Source of the DNA: a virus
DNA: 64,000 bases
IMG/VR virus record: IMGVR_UViG_3300034105_002260
Strand: one strand, 5' to 3'
A program made the translations under genes and the position numbers. A model generated the notes under the pieces. The model was not told where the DNA came from, did no database searches, and worked only from the letters and a program-made list of their open reading frames with translations. Position 1 is the first letter of the stretch, and each line of letters begins with the position of its first letter. Below are positions 34,504-45,830 of this stretch, piece by piece.

Positions 34504-35691
34504 ATGGCAAAATATTATAACATAAAACTTACTTCAGGAACTTCAAACGGACCGTACACGATTTACTACAATTCGGTTAGTGCGGGTAATGTGGCTACAA
34601 TAGTTTCATTAGGAACTCCTGCTAGTGGTTTAACTTATAATAATGTATATCCTAATGGTGTTAATGTTTCCGTTCCAAATTTTGCAACATCATTATATGT
34701 TTACAATACAAGTTGTAATGATTATGATTCTTTTATTGTACCAACTCCTACACCGACACCGACACCAACTAGTACACCAACTCCAACGCCAACTCCAACA
34801 CCTACACCAAATTGTGAGTTTGATATAGTGGTGGATAATATAACAACTCCTACTCCAACACCGACACCAACGGCAACCAATACCCCTACACCTACACCAA
34901 CTCCTACACCAAATTGCGAGTTTGATGTGATTGTAGATAACATCACCACACCAACTCCAACACCAACACCTACGGAGACCCCTACACCAACCCCAACTCC
35001 TACTAGTACACCGACACCAACCCCTGATTGTATATTTGACGCTTCATTTGATGAAAGTGTACCAATAGTTATTGACGAAAATACTCAAATTAATATTTGG
35101 TTTGACGATTCTGGTTCAATGAATCAGACTTTAGAGCCATTAGAAACAATGAGAAATACAATATTAAAGAACTGTTTATTACAATTCTATAATAACGATA
35201 GTAATCTATATGATGCAAATGTATCGGTTAAAAACTTTAGCCAAAAATCATCAGGAACTGAAAGAACATTCTGGATTTTAGATACAACTGGAACAACTGG
35301 ATCAGTAACAAAGGTAATCAATTTAGCATTCCAAGATGAGTCTACACCATATGGGGCAGACGGAACTTCGTTTAATGTTAATAGTGCTAGACAATCAACA
35401 TATTCAACTGACATAACGAATTTCAGAACAACTTTAAATTCATTACCAAATACATATTATAGAGGTGTAATTTTTAGAGTTAATACTGGACCAAATAGTT
35501 ACGATGGATTTAGACAATTTATTGAGGCGGTAAGAGATGGTTCAGGTAATTATAGTGGGGCTTTTGGATTATCAAATAGAAACGAAATTGCGTATGTAAC
35601 AAATGTAACTGCTTCGTCAACCGCACAGTACTACGCAAATCAAATAATAACAGCGTTGAATACGCTAGGATATAACTTAGAAGCTTGTTAA
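34504..35691 (+). CDS. Modular fibre/adhesin-like protein: N-domain, PT linker, vWA-like domain
   Basis: MIDAS-like INIWFDDSGSM after PT repeats. Confidence 0.65.
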   Translation: MAKYYNIKLTSGTSNGPYTIYYNSVSAGNVATIVSLGTPASGLTYNNVYPNGVNVSVPNFATSLYVYNTSCNDYDSFIVPTPTPTPTPTSTPTPTPTPTPTPNCEFDIVVDNITTPTPTPTPTATNTPTPTPTPTPNCEFDVIVDNITTPTPTPTPTETPTPTPTPTSTPTPTPDCIFDASFDESVPIVIDENTQINIWFDDSGSMNQTLEPLETMRNTILKNCLLQFYNNDSNLYDANVSVKNFSQKSSGTERTFWILDTTGTTGSVTKVINLAFQDESTPYGADGTSFNVNSARQSTYSTDITNFRTTLNSLPNTYYRGVIFRVNTGPNSYDGFRQFIEAVRDGSGNYSGAFGLSNRNEIAYVTNVTASSTAQYYANQIITALNTLGYNLEAC

Positions 35692-35694
35692 TAA

Positions 35695-38600
35695 ATGGCT
35701 AGATTATTCGACATACAAATTATTTCAGGAACCGCACCAGGTCCATATACCGTTTACTACGATACTGTAGGTAGTGGTAATATTGCGACATTAACAAGTT
35801 CTGGATTACCAGCAACAAGTGTTTCATTTTCATCTTTATCTACGGGAATAAATGTTACAATACCTGATGCGAGTGTAACCATTATATTATATAATGAGCA
35901 GTGCTCATCGGATGAAACATTTAACATACCAACACCAACTCCTACACCAACCCCCACTAGCACTCCTACGCCAACACCAACTAGTACACCAACCCCAACT
36001 CCTACACCAACGGACACACCAACCCCTACACCAACTCCTACACCAAATTGCGAGTTTGATGTTGTTGTTGATAATATAACTACACCAACACCAACCCCTA
36101 CGCCAACATCAACTCCAACCCCTACACCTACAAGTACACCAACGGATACTCCAACACCTACACCAACGGATACCCCAACGCCAACACCAACCCCTACACC
36201 AACTAGTACACCTACACCAACGCCTACACCAAATTGTGGATTTGAATTTGATATTAATGTAAACTTTGCGCCAACAGATATTAACTTAAGTTATGATAGA
36301 ATTAATGAAAATTCAGCAATTGGAACAATAGTTGGTTATTTATCGACAGCAACAATTGATAGTAGTGATACACACATATATTCTGTAGTAAATTCGGCCC
36401 CTTTTACTATTAGTAGTAACACTTTAGTTAGTTCAATATCATTCAACTATGAGGTAACAACTTCATATACAGTAGCAATTAGAACTACTGATACTGTTGG
36501 ACAATATTATGATAAACAATTTACAATTTATGTTGACAATGTTAATGAAGCACCATATGGCATAAACATTTCTGGATCAATACCAGAGAATAGTCCAACA
36601 GGAACAACCGCGGGTACGTTATCTACTTTAGATTCAGATACTGGAGACACATTTACATATAATTTTATTAATGGTTCATATCCAGATAATTATAGTTTTG
36701 ATTTATCTTCTAGTGGGGTATTAACATCATTAGCGGTTTTTGATTATGAAACAAAAAATGCATATCAATTAAATGTAAGAACAACAGATGTTGTTACGGG
36801 TTTATATTATGATGGTCTTGTGTCTGTATCAGTAACTAATGTCAATGAACCACCAACAGGAATTGACTTATCATCATCTTCAATATCTGAAAATGTTCCA
36901 ACAGGAACTACTATTGGTACCCTTTCAACATATGATCCCGATGCTGGTGATACATTTACATATACCCTTATTGATCCTCTTCAATATCCAGACAATGTAA
37001 ATTTTACAATTACAGGAGCAGTTTTAAAATCTAAATCTGTATTTAATTATGAGACAAAAGATACATACCTTATAGGAGTTAGGTCAACAGATGCTTTAGG
37101 TTCATATGCTGAAGAATTAATATATATTTACATAACAGACTCCACCATAACTGTAACCGCATCAGCAACTACAAACGTAACTTGTAACGGTGGTTCAAAT
37201 GGTGTTATTACAATATCTAATGCAACAGGAGGAACCGCAGCATATACTTATTCAAAAGATGGTACCAACTATCAAGCGGGAACAACATTTAGTAGTTTAA
37301 CTGCGGGATCTTATACAATATACGCAAAAGACTCCTATGGTGAAGTTGGATCAACAAGTGTAACTGTAACGCAACCCACAATTATCAGTTTCACTTCAAC
37401 AGGAACAAATCCAACTTGTAACTCAAGTTCAGATGGTTCAATAACATTATCTAGTGTTAGTGGGGGAGTTGCACCATACACATACTCAATTGACGGTACA
37501 AACTATCAAGCGGGGACGACATTTAGTAGTTTACCTAACGGCACATATACAACATATACAAAAGATTCAAGTGGATGTGTTAGAACAAATACCACTGGTT
37601 TAAATAGAACACAGGTAAGTGCAACAACATCACAATATAATGTATTATGTTACGGTGGAACTGGATCAATTACAGTAAGTGGTGGTAGTGGAGGTTCGGG
37701 ATCTGGATACCAAGCTAAAAATGGTTCAGGTGGAACATATGCGAATTTACCACTAACATATCATAGTTTAACTGCTGGAACATATACAATATACGTTAAA
37801 GATAGTTCTGACTGTGAAAGAACATATTCAATAACAATAACACAACCATCGGTATTAATACCGCAAGGTGGAAATAACGTTCCTCCCACTTGTTACGATT
37901 CATCAGATGGTATAGTGGCTTTTTCTGGTGGTGGAGGAACATCGCCATACACATATTCAATTGATGGTACAAATTATCAATCTAGCGGAACTTTTACAGA
38001 TTTACCAATTGGTAGTTATACTGGTTATGTTAAAGACGCCAATGGATGTGTTGAAACAATCACAAGAAACATTAACAGAACAGCACCTAACGCGTCATTT
38101 AGTGTTACCAATATTACTTGTAATCAATCATCAAATGGTTCAATAGTTGTAAGTAGTGGATCTGGTGGTTCTGGAGGTACATATCAAGCTAAATTTGGTT
38201 CTGGGGGCACATATGCAAACTTACCAGTTACATATTCTAGTTTATCCGCCGGAACATATACGATATATATTAAAGATAGTGTGGGTTGTGTTCAAACATA
38301 CAATCAAACAATAACACAACCAACAGCAATAGGAATATCGTTAGATTCTGCAACACCACCAACTTGTTACAACGGTTCAAATGGATCAATAGTGGTAAGT
38401 GGTTCTGGTGGTACGTCACCTTACACATATTCAAAAGATGGTACAAACTATCAATCGAGTGGTACATTTAGTAGTTTACCTGTTGGGTCATATACATTAT
38501 ATGTAAAAGATACTAATGGGTGTGTAACATCTACAAGTAGCACATTAAGTAGGTCGGCACCATATGCAACAATTTCGGCATCAAACCCTAGTTGTGTTGG

Positions 38601-39993
38601 AACAGGAACAATAACTGTTACAGATGGTGGCGGAGGAAGTGGTTCAGGATATCAAGCTAAAAATGGTTCAGGTGGAACGTATGCAGATTTACCAGTAACA
38701 TATTCTAGTTTAGGTGGAGGAGCGTACGTAATTTATATTAAAGATAGTTCGGGTTGTGAAGCAACATATAGTAGAACAATTACAATCCCATCTGCGGTTA
38801 CAGTTTCTTTATCTTCATCATCATCTCCAACTTGTTATGATGGTTCAAATGGTAGTATCGTTGTAAGTGCTGGAGGTGGTAATGGATCATATGAATTTAG
38901 AATAAATGGAGGTACCTGGCAATCAAGTGGAACATTTAGTAGTTTAGGTTCGGCAACATATAGTTTACAATCAAGAGATTCCAATGATTGCCAATCATCA
39001 GCATTAAACGTTAACATTACAAAGTCAGCACCAACCGCAAGTGTATCACAAGGTAATGTTAGTTGTAACGGTGGATCCAACGGTTCAATTACCGTATCAA
39101 GTCCATCAGGTGGAAGTGGTTCAGGATATACTTATTCAAAAGATGGTACAAACTATCAAGCGGGAGTAACATTTAGTAGTTTATCTATTGGGTCATATAC
39201 AATATACGTTAAAGATAGTGCGGGTTGTGTAAACGCCGTAACAACAGTGACAATCACACAACCCACAGATCAGACCGCGACTATAACTGTTAACACATTT
39301 GCAACTTGTAATGGTGGTGCGGACGGTGAAATTACATTGTCATCATCTGGAGGAACGTTCCCTAAGACATATAGATTATATGCTGACACATCAGCACCTT
39401 ATGTTACTTGTGGTGGAACTTTAGTTGGAACATATACAAATAAAACTTCAGGATCACCATCTGAGACTGTTGGTAGTATTGACGAATATGGATATTGTGT
39501 TGAAGTTACAGATGCTAATGGTTGTGTTACGTCTAGTGGAGTTGTTAGTACAACCGCTTGTTCTGGAACTTGTTATAGTATTTACATACCTACCGCAAAT
39601 TTAACAAATAATGGAGAGTCCCTATACATTGAATATAGAAAAACAAATAACGTATATGTTACTCAACCGTATAGTAATTTCCCACAAGATATTGGTCCAG
39701 GGGGAGGTGTATTAATTAACGTTTGTAGTATCATTCCAATTTCATTTAGATACGGAACCGGTGGATATCAATTCATTCCGGATATTGAAATACTTGTAGG
39801 TGCAGGGGGTAAATGTGATAATAGTGAATGGTGTGGAGGTATGGACCCTTATATTGCTCCACCACCAACAGCAACACCAGGAACGGGAACTTATTGGTGT
39901 AAAGATAGTGAATATGGAGTATGTCAAGAACAAGCAAGTCCTTGTAGTGGAACACAAATTAATTGTGACCCTAATGAATTACAACCAACTTAA
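35695..39993 (+). CDS. Large adhesin-like protein: N-domain, PT linker, three cadherin-like repeats, about ten SprB-like repeats
   Basis: I.EN...GT..G.L, F(D/N)YE, VNE.P cadherin motifs; [10 protein letters not shown]...GGT.PYTYS.DG...Y...VKD..GC SprB motifs. Confidence 0.8.
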   Translation: MARLFDIQIISGTAPGPYTVYYDTVGSGNIATLTSSGLPATSVSFSSLSTGINVTIPDASVTIILYNEQCSSDETFNIPTPTPTPTPTSTPTPTPTSTPTPTPTPTDTPTPTPTPTPNCEFDVVVDNITTPTPTPTPTSTPTPTPTSTPTDTPTPTPTDTPTPTPTPTPTSTPTPTPTPNCGFEFDINVNFAPTDINLSYDRINENSAIGTIVGYLSTATIDSSDTHIYSVVNSAPFTISSNTLVSSISFNYEVTTSYTVAIRTTDTVGQYYDKQFTIYVDNVNEAPYGINISGSIPENSPTGTTAGTLSTLDSDTGDTFTYNFINGSYPDNYSFDLSSSGVLTSLAVFDYETKNAYQLNVRTTDVVTGLYYDGLVSVSVTNVNEPPTGIDLSSSSISENVPTGTTIGTLSTYDPDAGDTFTYTLIDPLQYPDNVNFTITGAVLKSKSVFNYETKDTYLIGVRSTDALGSYAEELIYIYITDSTITVTASATTNVTCNGGSNGVITISNATGGTAAYTYSKDGTNYQAGTTFSSLTAGSYTIYAKDSYGEVGSTSVTVTQPTIISFTSTGTNPTCNSSSDGSITLSSVSGGVAPYTYSIDGTNYQAGTTFSSLPNGTYTTYTKDSSGCVRTNTTGLNRTQVSATTSQYNVLCYGGTGSITVSGGSGGSGSGYQAKNGSGGTYANLPLTYHSLTAGTYTIYVKDSSDCERTYSITITQPSVLIPQGGNNVPPTCYDSSDGIVAFSGGGGTSPYTYSIDGTNYQSSGTFTDLPIGSYTGYVKDANGCVETITRNINRTAPNASFSVTNITCNQSSNGSIVVSSGSGGSGGTYQAKFGSGGTYANLPVTYSSLSAGTYTIYIKDSVGCVQTYNQTITQPTAIGISLDSATPPTCYNGSNGSIVVSGSGGTSPYTYSKDGTNYQSSGTFSSLPVGSYTLYVKDTNGCVTSTSSTLSRSAPYATISASNPSCVGTGTITVTDGGGGSGSGYQAKNGSGGTYADLPVTYSSLGGGAYVIYIKDSSGCEATYSRTITIPSAVTVSLSSSSSPTCYDGSNGSIVVSAGGGNGSYEFRINGGTWQSSGTFSSLGSATYSLQSRDSNDCQSSALNVNITKSAPTASVSQGNVSCNGGSNGSITVSSPSGGSGSGYTYSKDGTNYQAGVTFSSLSIGSYTIYVKDSAGCVNAVTTVTITQPTDQTATITVNTFATCNGGADGEITLSSSGGTFPKTYRLYADTSAPYVTCGGTLVGTYTNKTSGSPSETVGSIDEYGYCVEVTDANGCVTSSGVVSTTACSGTCYSIYIPTANLTNNGESLYIEYRKTNNVYVTQPYSNFPQDIGPGGGVLINVCSIIPISFRYGTGGYQFIPDIEILVGAGGKCDNSEWCGGMDPYIAPPPTATPGTGTYWCKDSEYGVCQEQASPCSGTQINCDPNELQPT

Positions 39994-40044
39994 AAAAAAA
40001 GAATAAAACAAAATAAACAGATATTTATATAAAAAAGAAAAATT

Positions 40045-40923
40045 ATGGTAATTACATTCACATTACAAGCAGCTTACTCAGGCTCAACCTATGTGGCAGG
40101 ACCTTTTAACATATCAGGTACAACAAATACAGGAACGGTTACGCAATTAGCTACAGGTTTAACAAAAACCCAATTATTAACCGGATACACAATTACGGGA
40201 ATAAGTGACGCTACAACAGGTGGAACAATTAACAGTACAGGGACTTGTTCAACTTCAGTACCTTGGTTGGCTAATTCAACTCCGACTCCAACACCTACAA
40301 GTACCCCAACCCCAACTCCAACTTCAGACGGTGGTGGTGGTGGTGGTTGTTTCATTGAAGGAACTAACATTACATTAGCGGATGGATCACAAGTATTAAT
40401 TGAAACATTACAAGTAGGTAACGTTTTAAAGTCGTTTGCAATTGACACCTTACCATTATATTCTGACGATGATACAGTATTAACAACTTGGAATACATCG
40501 AATTTAATAGGTACTGATTCAACAGCAACTATTGTATCAATTAGACCAATTCAGGTAACTGAAATTATTGTAATTAATAATTTATTAAAAACAACACCAA
40601 ATCACAAACATTTAGTTAAACACGAAGGTGTTTGGTCATTTGCTTCAGCGTATATGGTTGTTGTTGGAGATATTATGGTAGATATTAATAATAATGAATT
40701 TGAAATAACTTCAGTTGAACTTCAAGAAGTTGAAACGATTGTCTATAAAATGGACGTTGAGTCACTTGACGTATTCTACGCTGAGAACGTATTAACACAC
40801 AACCTTAAACCAGTAGATTCAGACGGAACATATGAATGTTCTGGTGGTGGTTGTCTTGCCGCTGTTGATGGACAATACTCTTCATTATCTGAGTGTAATG
40901 CCGCTTGTATTGTTCCAAATTAA
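40045..40923 (+). CDS. N-domain, PT linker, Gly6, Hint (BIL-like) domain, Cys-rich tail
   Basis: CFIEGTNITLADG (Cys102), TTPNH block B, VYKMDV...FYAENVLTHN (Asn253); +1 residue is Leu. Confidence 0.85.
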   Translation: MVITFTLQAAYSGSTYVAGPFNISGTTNTGTVTQLATGLTKTQLLTGYTITGISDATTGGTINSTGTCSTSVPWLANSTPTPTPTSTPTPTPTSDGGGGGGCFIEGTNITLADGSQVLIETLQVGNVLKSFAIDTLPLYSDDDTVLTTWNTSNLIGTDSTATIVSIRPIQVTEIIVINNLLKTTPNHKHLVKHEGVWSFASAYMVVVGDIMVDINNNEFEITSVELQEVETIVYKMDVESLDVFYAENVLTHNLKPVDSDGTYECSGGGCLAAVDGQYSSLSECNAACIVPN

Positions 40924-40944
40924 TCAAAATTTGATTTATATTTT

Positions 40945-40974
40945 AAAAAACCCCTTCACAAAAGGGGTTTTTTT
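40945..40974 (+). terminator. Intrinsic (possibly bidirectional) terminator
   Basis: aaaaaacccctt-cacaa-aaggggttttttt. Confidence 0.8.
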
Positions 40975-41007
40975 GTTTAAATTTTATATGGTTGTATTTA
41001 TGGTTAT

Positions 41008-42009
41008 ATGAGTTTCAAAATAAGGTTAAATAACATTAGTGTACCCACGGGTAATCAGTATAAAGTGTTTTACAAATTAAATGTAAGAACACCTGGCAAT
41101 GTTACATCTCAGGGTGATGTGAATTGGGGAACACTTTATGGAACTTATACAGGAGGAACAACCGCTAATATCGAAATTGATTTTAATTCAATTGATCCAA
41201 ACCCGTTTGGAAAACAAAATTGGTTTAAAATTTTAGATACGGTAACGGGCAGTTACATTATTGAAAATATCTATATTCACGAATATGAATACTATCGTTA
41301 TTGTGACCATTGTTGTGATTTTTCAGGTGGTACTGCTTCATTTGTTACATATGACGTAACTCCCACACCAACCCCAACGGCAACTAGTACATCAACGCCC
41401 ACACCAACTGCAACAAATACACCTACTCCAACACCAATACCACCAACTGCAACACCAACACCTACACCAATACCACCAACTGCAACCCCAACTCCAACAC
41501 CTACAGCAACTAGTACACCAACCCCCACACCGACCTTACCTGTAACAGGTTTAGTTTGGGCAACCACAAATAATGTTAGTGGGGCAACACAATGTGCTGA
41601 TGCTGGTTGGGTAATTTCAAATGGTAACTTATCGATTAGATATAACATTTCAGATTCCGCCAATTGTGGAGGTACTTGTGATTTAACACAAATAGGAACA
41701 GCGACCGCAACAATTACGGTTGGAGGTTTTGACACAAATTTAGGTTTAAATTTTGTTGGTTCAGGTGAATCACAAGATGCTGGGTACGAAAAAATATCAT
41801 TTAAATTGGACAATACTTTAATTGCTAGTGCAACTTCCCAAGATTTAAATGGTAATTGTGCTATGGTCCCAGTGGTTCAGACTTACAATGTCGCTCCACC
41901 TTATTTATTATTGGCGGGAACTGTTCACACTTTATTAATTGAATTTACCACTAATGATCCTCAATATCACGTAGATGGGTTTTATCAAGCTAATTTAAGT
42001 TTTACATAA
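41008..42009 (+). CDS. PT-linker modular protein with C-terminal beta-rich domain
   Basis: N-domain, (PT)n stretch, beta-rich C-domain. Confidence 0.6.
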   Translation: MSFKIRLNNISVPTGNQYKVFYKLNVRTPGNVTSQGDVNWGTLYGTYTGGTTANIEIDFNSIDPNPFGKQNWFKILDTVTGSYIIENIYIHEYEYYRYCDHCCDFSGGTASFVTYDVTPTPTPTATSTSTPTPTATNTPTPTPIPPTATPTPTPIPPTATPTPTPTATSTPTPTPTLPVTGLVWATTNNVSGATQCADAGWVISNGNLSIRYNISDSANCGGTCDLTQIGTATATITVGGFDTNLGLNFVGSGESQDAGYEKISFKLDNTLIASATSQDLNGNCAMVPVVQTYNVAPPYLLLAGTVHTLLIEFTTNDPQYHVDGFYQANLSFT

Positions 42010-42022
42010 TAAAATAATAATA

Positions 42023-42340
42023 ATGAACAGAATATTATATAACGGTAGAGAAAGAGATAGAAGAGGACATAATGCCAACTTTGAAGATTTACCAATTGAG
42101 GTGAAGAGTAACTTTAAAAAAATAAAAGAATCTATTGAAAAATATTTCAATAAGGAAATGGATGTTAGAGTTATAGGTAGTCACTTGGAGGGTTACTATG
42201 ATGAATTTTCAGATTATGATGTGGTTATTGAAGAGGAATGTGACATTATAGAATTAGAAGAAGTGGTATCAAATGAATGTGAATTAAATGTTAGTGTTGT
42301 ATTCGACACGATAAAATATAGTCAATCAATAATAAAATAA
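42023..42340 (+). CDS. Minimal nucleotidyltransferase-fold protein (Pol-beta superfamily)
   Basis: VIGSHLEG...SDYDVVI = hG[GS]x(n)DxD. Confidence 0.7.
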   Translation: MNRILYNGRERDRRGHNANFEDLPIEVKSNFKKIKESIEKYFNKEMDVRVIGSHLEGYYDEFSDYDVVIEEECDIIELEEVVSNECELNVSVVFDTIKYSQSIIK

Positions 42341-42343
42341 ATT

Positions 42344-43837
42344 ATGCCATCATTTGTTGCATCAGTAAATTTAGGAACGGTAGGTGATGATATTACATCT
42401 GTAAAGTTATATGCTTGTACGGATAGTAGTTGCACTAGTTGTGTGTCGTTATCTGGATATACTAGCGTTTTAGTTTCTACTTTTCCGAGAAATATTGGTG
42501 GTATACCAATGGGGTCAACTAATATTAAGGTGGAATCAATTGGTCGATGTAATGTGTCACAATGTATTTCAATTGTTGGAATACCGACTGCAGTACCAAC
42601 CTCAACACCAACCTCAACACCAGCACCTACGGCAACTCCAATACCTGCAACCGCAACACCAATACCACCAACTAGTACGCCAATACCACCAACTAGTACA
42701 CCGACACCGACACCTACTAGTAGTACGCCAACGCCAACACCAATACCACCAACTAGTACACCAACACCAACGGCTACTAATACACCAACGCCAACACCTA
42801 CCCCAACACCTACACCAATAGGACCAACTATTACACCTACCCCAACAATAGTTTATTACTATTATGCGATGGGTGATTGTAACGATATGAGATATGCTGG
42901 TACTGAAACAACCATTTTTGGATTCGGAGCACCGTTAGTGGTTCCTGTTTGTATGACCTCTGCACAAGTTACTCAATGGTACTCTACCGCTAATTTCGCA
43001 CAACAAACGTTAAATATTGATTACGATGACCCTTGTGCCTTTGGTGAAGGTTATTCGGGTGTAACAGTTGGTAGAAGTACAACAGAATTAACAGAAGGAA
43101 CGGTTTATCTTGTTAGTGGTCAATGTTTATCTATTATTTCTATTAAGGCGGAATACGTTGGAAGTTGGAGCGTTGATTTAGACAATAGAACTCCAATTAC
43201 TGGTGACAATCCTTGTGGAGCTTGTGACCCACCATTCACTGGTTATACATTAACAGGATATAGTGGTGTGACTTGCGATACGGGTGAAAATATTATAGCG
43301 GTAACGATATTTGGTAGTTTAGTGGTGGGTAATGAATATGGAATACAACTATACAGTGGAAATACTATTGTGGGTGATGCTAGATGTATGACCATTAACG
43401 CCAATCTCGGTCCTCAACTTACTCTTACCGACCCAGAAAATAATCCATATTCAGGATATCACATCTCAGATGCGGGACCATTTGTTTTAGGACAACCAAT
43501 GTTCCAAGGATATGCGGATTGTGGAACCTGCAATGCCGTACCTAAAAAATATAAAATAGATGGTGTAAGGTGTGATAACGCAAGTTACAGTGTAACTGTA
43601 TGGTCAGATACATTACCAACAATTGGAATTAATGATACGTTTAGAGTTAACGATTCATTCTTAAACACATTCTGTTGGAAGGTAACTGCAAAAGATATCT
43701 ATAAAACGGTTGTTTATAGTACACCGGTATTTACTATATTGGATACAGGATGCTCACCTTGTGATGGGTCAGCACCAACACCTACACCAACACCAATTCC
43801 AGACGGAGGAGGTAGTGGTGGAAGTTCAGGAAGTTAA
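42344..43837 (+). CDS. PT-linker modular protein with Cys-rich repeats and Gly/Ser C-terminus
   Basis: Cys-rich N-domain, PT linker, repeated Cys modules, ends PDGGGSGGSSGS. Confidence 0.6.
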   Translation: MPSFVASVNLGTVGDDITSVKLYACTDSSCTSCVSLSGYTSVLVSTFPRNIGGIPMGSTNIKVESIGRCNVSQCISIVGIPTAVPTSTPTSTPAPTATPIPATATPIPPTSTPIPPTSTPTPTPTSSTPTPTPIPPTSTPTPTATNTPTPTPTPTPTPIGPTITPTPTIVYYYYAMGDCNDMRYAGTETTIFGFGAPLVVPVCMTSAQVTQWYSTANFAQQTLNIDYDDPCAFGEGYSGVTVGRSTTELTEGTVYLVSGQCLSIISIKAEYVGSWSVDLDNRTPITGDNPCGACDPPFTGYTLTGYSGVTCDTGENIIAVTIFGSLVVGNEYGIQLYSGNTIVGDARCMTINANLGPQLTLTDPENNPYSGYHISDAGPFVLGQPMFQGYADCGTCNAVPKKYKIDGVRCDNASYSVTVWSDTLPTIGINDTFRVNDSFLNTFCWKVTAKDIYKTVVYSTPVFTILDTGCSPCDGSAPTPTPTPIPDGGGSGGSSGS

Positions 43838-43851
43838 AAACAACATAAATT

Positions 43852-44496
43852 ATGAACACATTTAATAGAGTAGCAAATTTAAACGATAGTATTTTTTTTC
43901 AAAGAGGAATTGTAACAACAACTAAACATTGGACTAGACCATCGTATCAAAAAGTTTATGATTTTTTATTTAATTTATATCTTAAATCAACGATTATAAA
44001 AGAATATGATATGTACCTAATGGGTGGAGTTTTATTTGATTTTAATAACACTTGGGATTTGGATATATGTCTTGTTGGAGGTGACCACACTGATGAAAAA
44101 ATAGAAAAAGATTTGAATTTTATTACGGATATGGGATTAAATCAATTTAATTTATTATTGGACGTAACTTGGTATGAACATCGACCATCAAATCTAAGAT
44201 ATGATGAAATGGTTCAGAATGAATTTAAACCAGACAATATGATTCACAAAAAAATAGGTTACATCAAAAAACAAATTAATGATGAATTTGAAGAAAAGGA
44301 TTTAAGAAATAACCCAAATTTTATTTTATTGAGTGATTACTTGGTTCAAACAAATTCTGGTATAAACGGTAGGTATACCGAAAAAATAATAAATAAAGTT
44401 CAAAATAACCCGAAACCCGAAACGATAACAACATTTAGTGTTATGGATTTCTTAGAAAAAGGTGAAAGTTATTTCTACACACATACAAATAGATAA
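43852..44496 (+). CDS. Nucleotidyltransferase-fold protein
   Basis: YLMGGVLF...TWDLDICL plus a later LDV candidate third Asp. Confidence 0.55.
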   Translation: MNTFNRVANLNDSIFFQRGIVTTTKHWTRPSYQKVYDFLFNLYLKSTIIKEYDMYLMGGVLFDFNNTWDLDICLVGGDHTDEKIEKDLNFITDMGLNQFNLLLDVTWYEHRPSNLRYDEMVQNEFKPDNMIHKKIGYIKKQINDEFEEKDLRNNPNFILLSDYLVQTNSGINGRYTEKIINKVQNNPKPETITTFSVMDFLEKGESYFYTHTNR

Positions 44497-44520
44497 AACA
44501 AAAGATAATATTTATAACAT

Positions 44521-45801
44521 ATGGCATTTTCATCAACAATAACAATAACAGGAAGTACAAACATCACAAACTTTGATATCTTTCAATGTCCAACTTCAGG
44601 TTGTACAGGATGTGTTGCTATTACAGGTAGTACAGGTGAAAATGTGAGTAGAATGAAATTATTAACTGGACATACCGTTTCGGTGGATCAAGGTTATAGA
44701 TATATTAAATTAGTGGCGGACACCGCAACTTGTAATAATTCAATTTGTATGGAAGTTGTGGGTATACCAACATTTACCCCAACTCCAACTCCAACTAGAA
44801 CTCCAACACCGACGCCAACACCAACAACGGTAGGACCAACTAGTACACCAACTCCTACATCTACGCCAGTAGGACCAACTAGCACACCGACTTCAACACC
44901 AGTAGGACCAACTCCTACACCTACATCAACAAATACACCAACCCCAACCCCTACACCAACTAGAACTTCAACACCAACACCTACTGGAACCTCAACGCCA
45001 ACACCAACTCCATTACCGGGATGTAGTAGTACTATAATTGGTTCTTACACGGGGTCTTCTTATACATTAATAACACATAGTTTAAATTTCGTGGGAGCAA
45101 CAAACGGTGGATTAATTACTGTACACTATACCGCTAACACAAGACCAAATAGATTTAATATATATGGTGGTGGAAACTTAATAGTAAGTAGTTTATGGGC
45201 TGGTTCGGATACTAACTATACAGGTCCTTGGACTGGTAACTCTATAGACACAGATGGAGATGGATATATCTCTTTCGTATATAATAGTAGTTTATCATAT
45301 GAATTAAAAGTTGATGTGGGTGGATCAAATCCAGATAACGCATTAGATGATTCTTATTCTGTAACATTTAGTTGTACTGGACCAACACCAACACCAACCG
45401 CAACGCCGAGTTATTATCCCGTGACAGTTCAATTAGATGGGTTTAACGGTGATAATGGTAACTTACAAATTTGGCAATCTGCAGATAATACAGTAGGTAG
45501 TTTCCAACAATCATTAACATTAACAAGTACGGGTGTTAACGGTTCATCACAAAGTTTTAACGGTACCCCAGGGTATTATTATTATATGATAGTAGCGAGA
45601 ACATCTGGAACTTCATCAACTAGATTAAATTTATATACTCAAGTAGATCTTACTGACTTTAGCCCTGGACCTATAAATGGCGCTTGGTGTTCAGGTCCTA
45701 ATAGTTCACCATTACAATCAGATGTTTTCCGTTTACCTACCCCAATTCAAAGTAGACAATCAATTAAGTTCTTTGGTAGTTTAGATATTGGTTGTTTATA
45801 A
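44521..45801 (+). CDS. PT-linker modular protein with two beta-rich domains
   Basis: N-domain similar to 42344 (C...CxxC ... CN...C...VGIPT); PT linkers. Confidence 0.6.
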   Translation: MAFSSTITITGSTNITNFDIFQCPTSGCTGCVAITGSTGENVSRMKLLTGHTVSVDQGYRYIKLVADTATCNNSICMEVVGIPTFTPTPTPTRTPTPTPTPTTVGPTSTPTPTSTPVGPTSTPTSTPVGPTPTPTSTNTPTPTPTPTRTSTPTPTGTSTPTPTPLPGCSSTIIGSYTGSSYTLITHSLNFVGATNGGLITVHYTANTRPNRFNIYGGGNLIVSSLWAGSDTNYTGPWTGNSIDTDGDGYISFVYNSSLSYELKVDVGGSNPDNALDDSYSVTFSCTGPTPTPTATPSYYPVTVQLDGFNGDNGNLQIWQSADNTVGSFQQSLTLTSTGVNGSSQSFNGTPGYYYYMIVARTSGTSSTRLNLYTQVDLTDFSPGPINGAWCSGPNSSPLQSDVFRLPTPIQSRQSIKFFGSLDIGCL

Positions 45802-45830
45802 TAATAATAATAAAATAGTATTTATATCAT

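Noticed and set aside
33200-36260. Diversity-generating retroelement (TR/VR) among repeated segments
   Set aside because: No reverse transcriptase in the window, and differences between copies are not adenine-specific.
40348-40803. Classical mobile intein
   Set aside because: No endonuclease domain, +1 residue is Leu, and it is not inside a conserved enzyme; treated as a BIL-like Hint domain.
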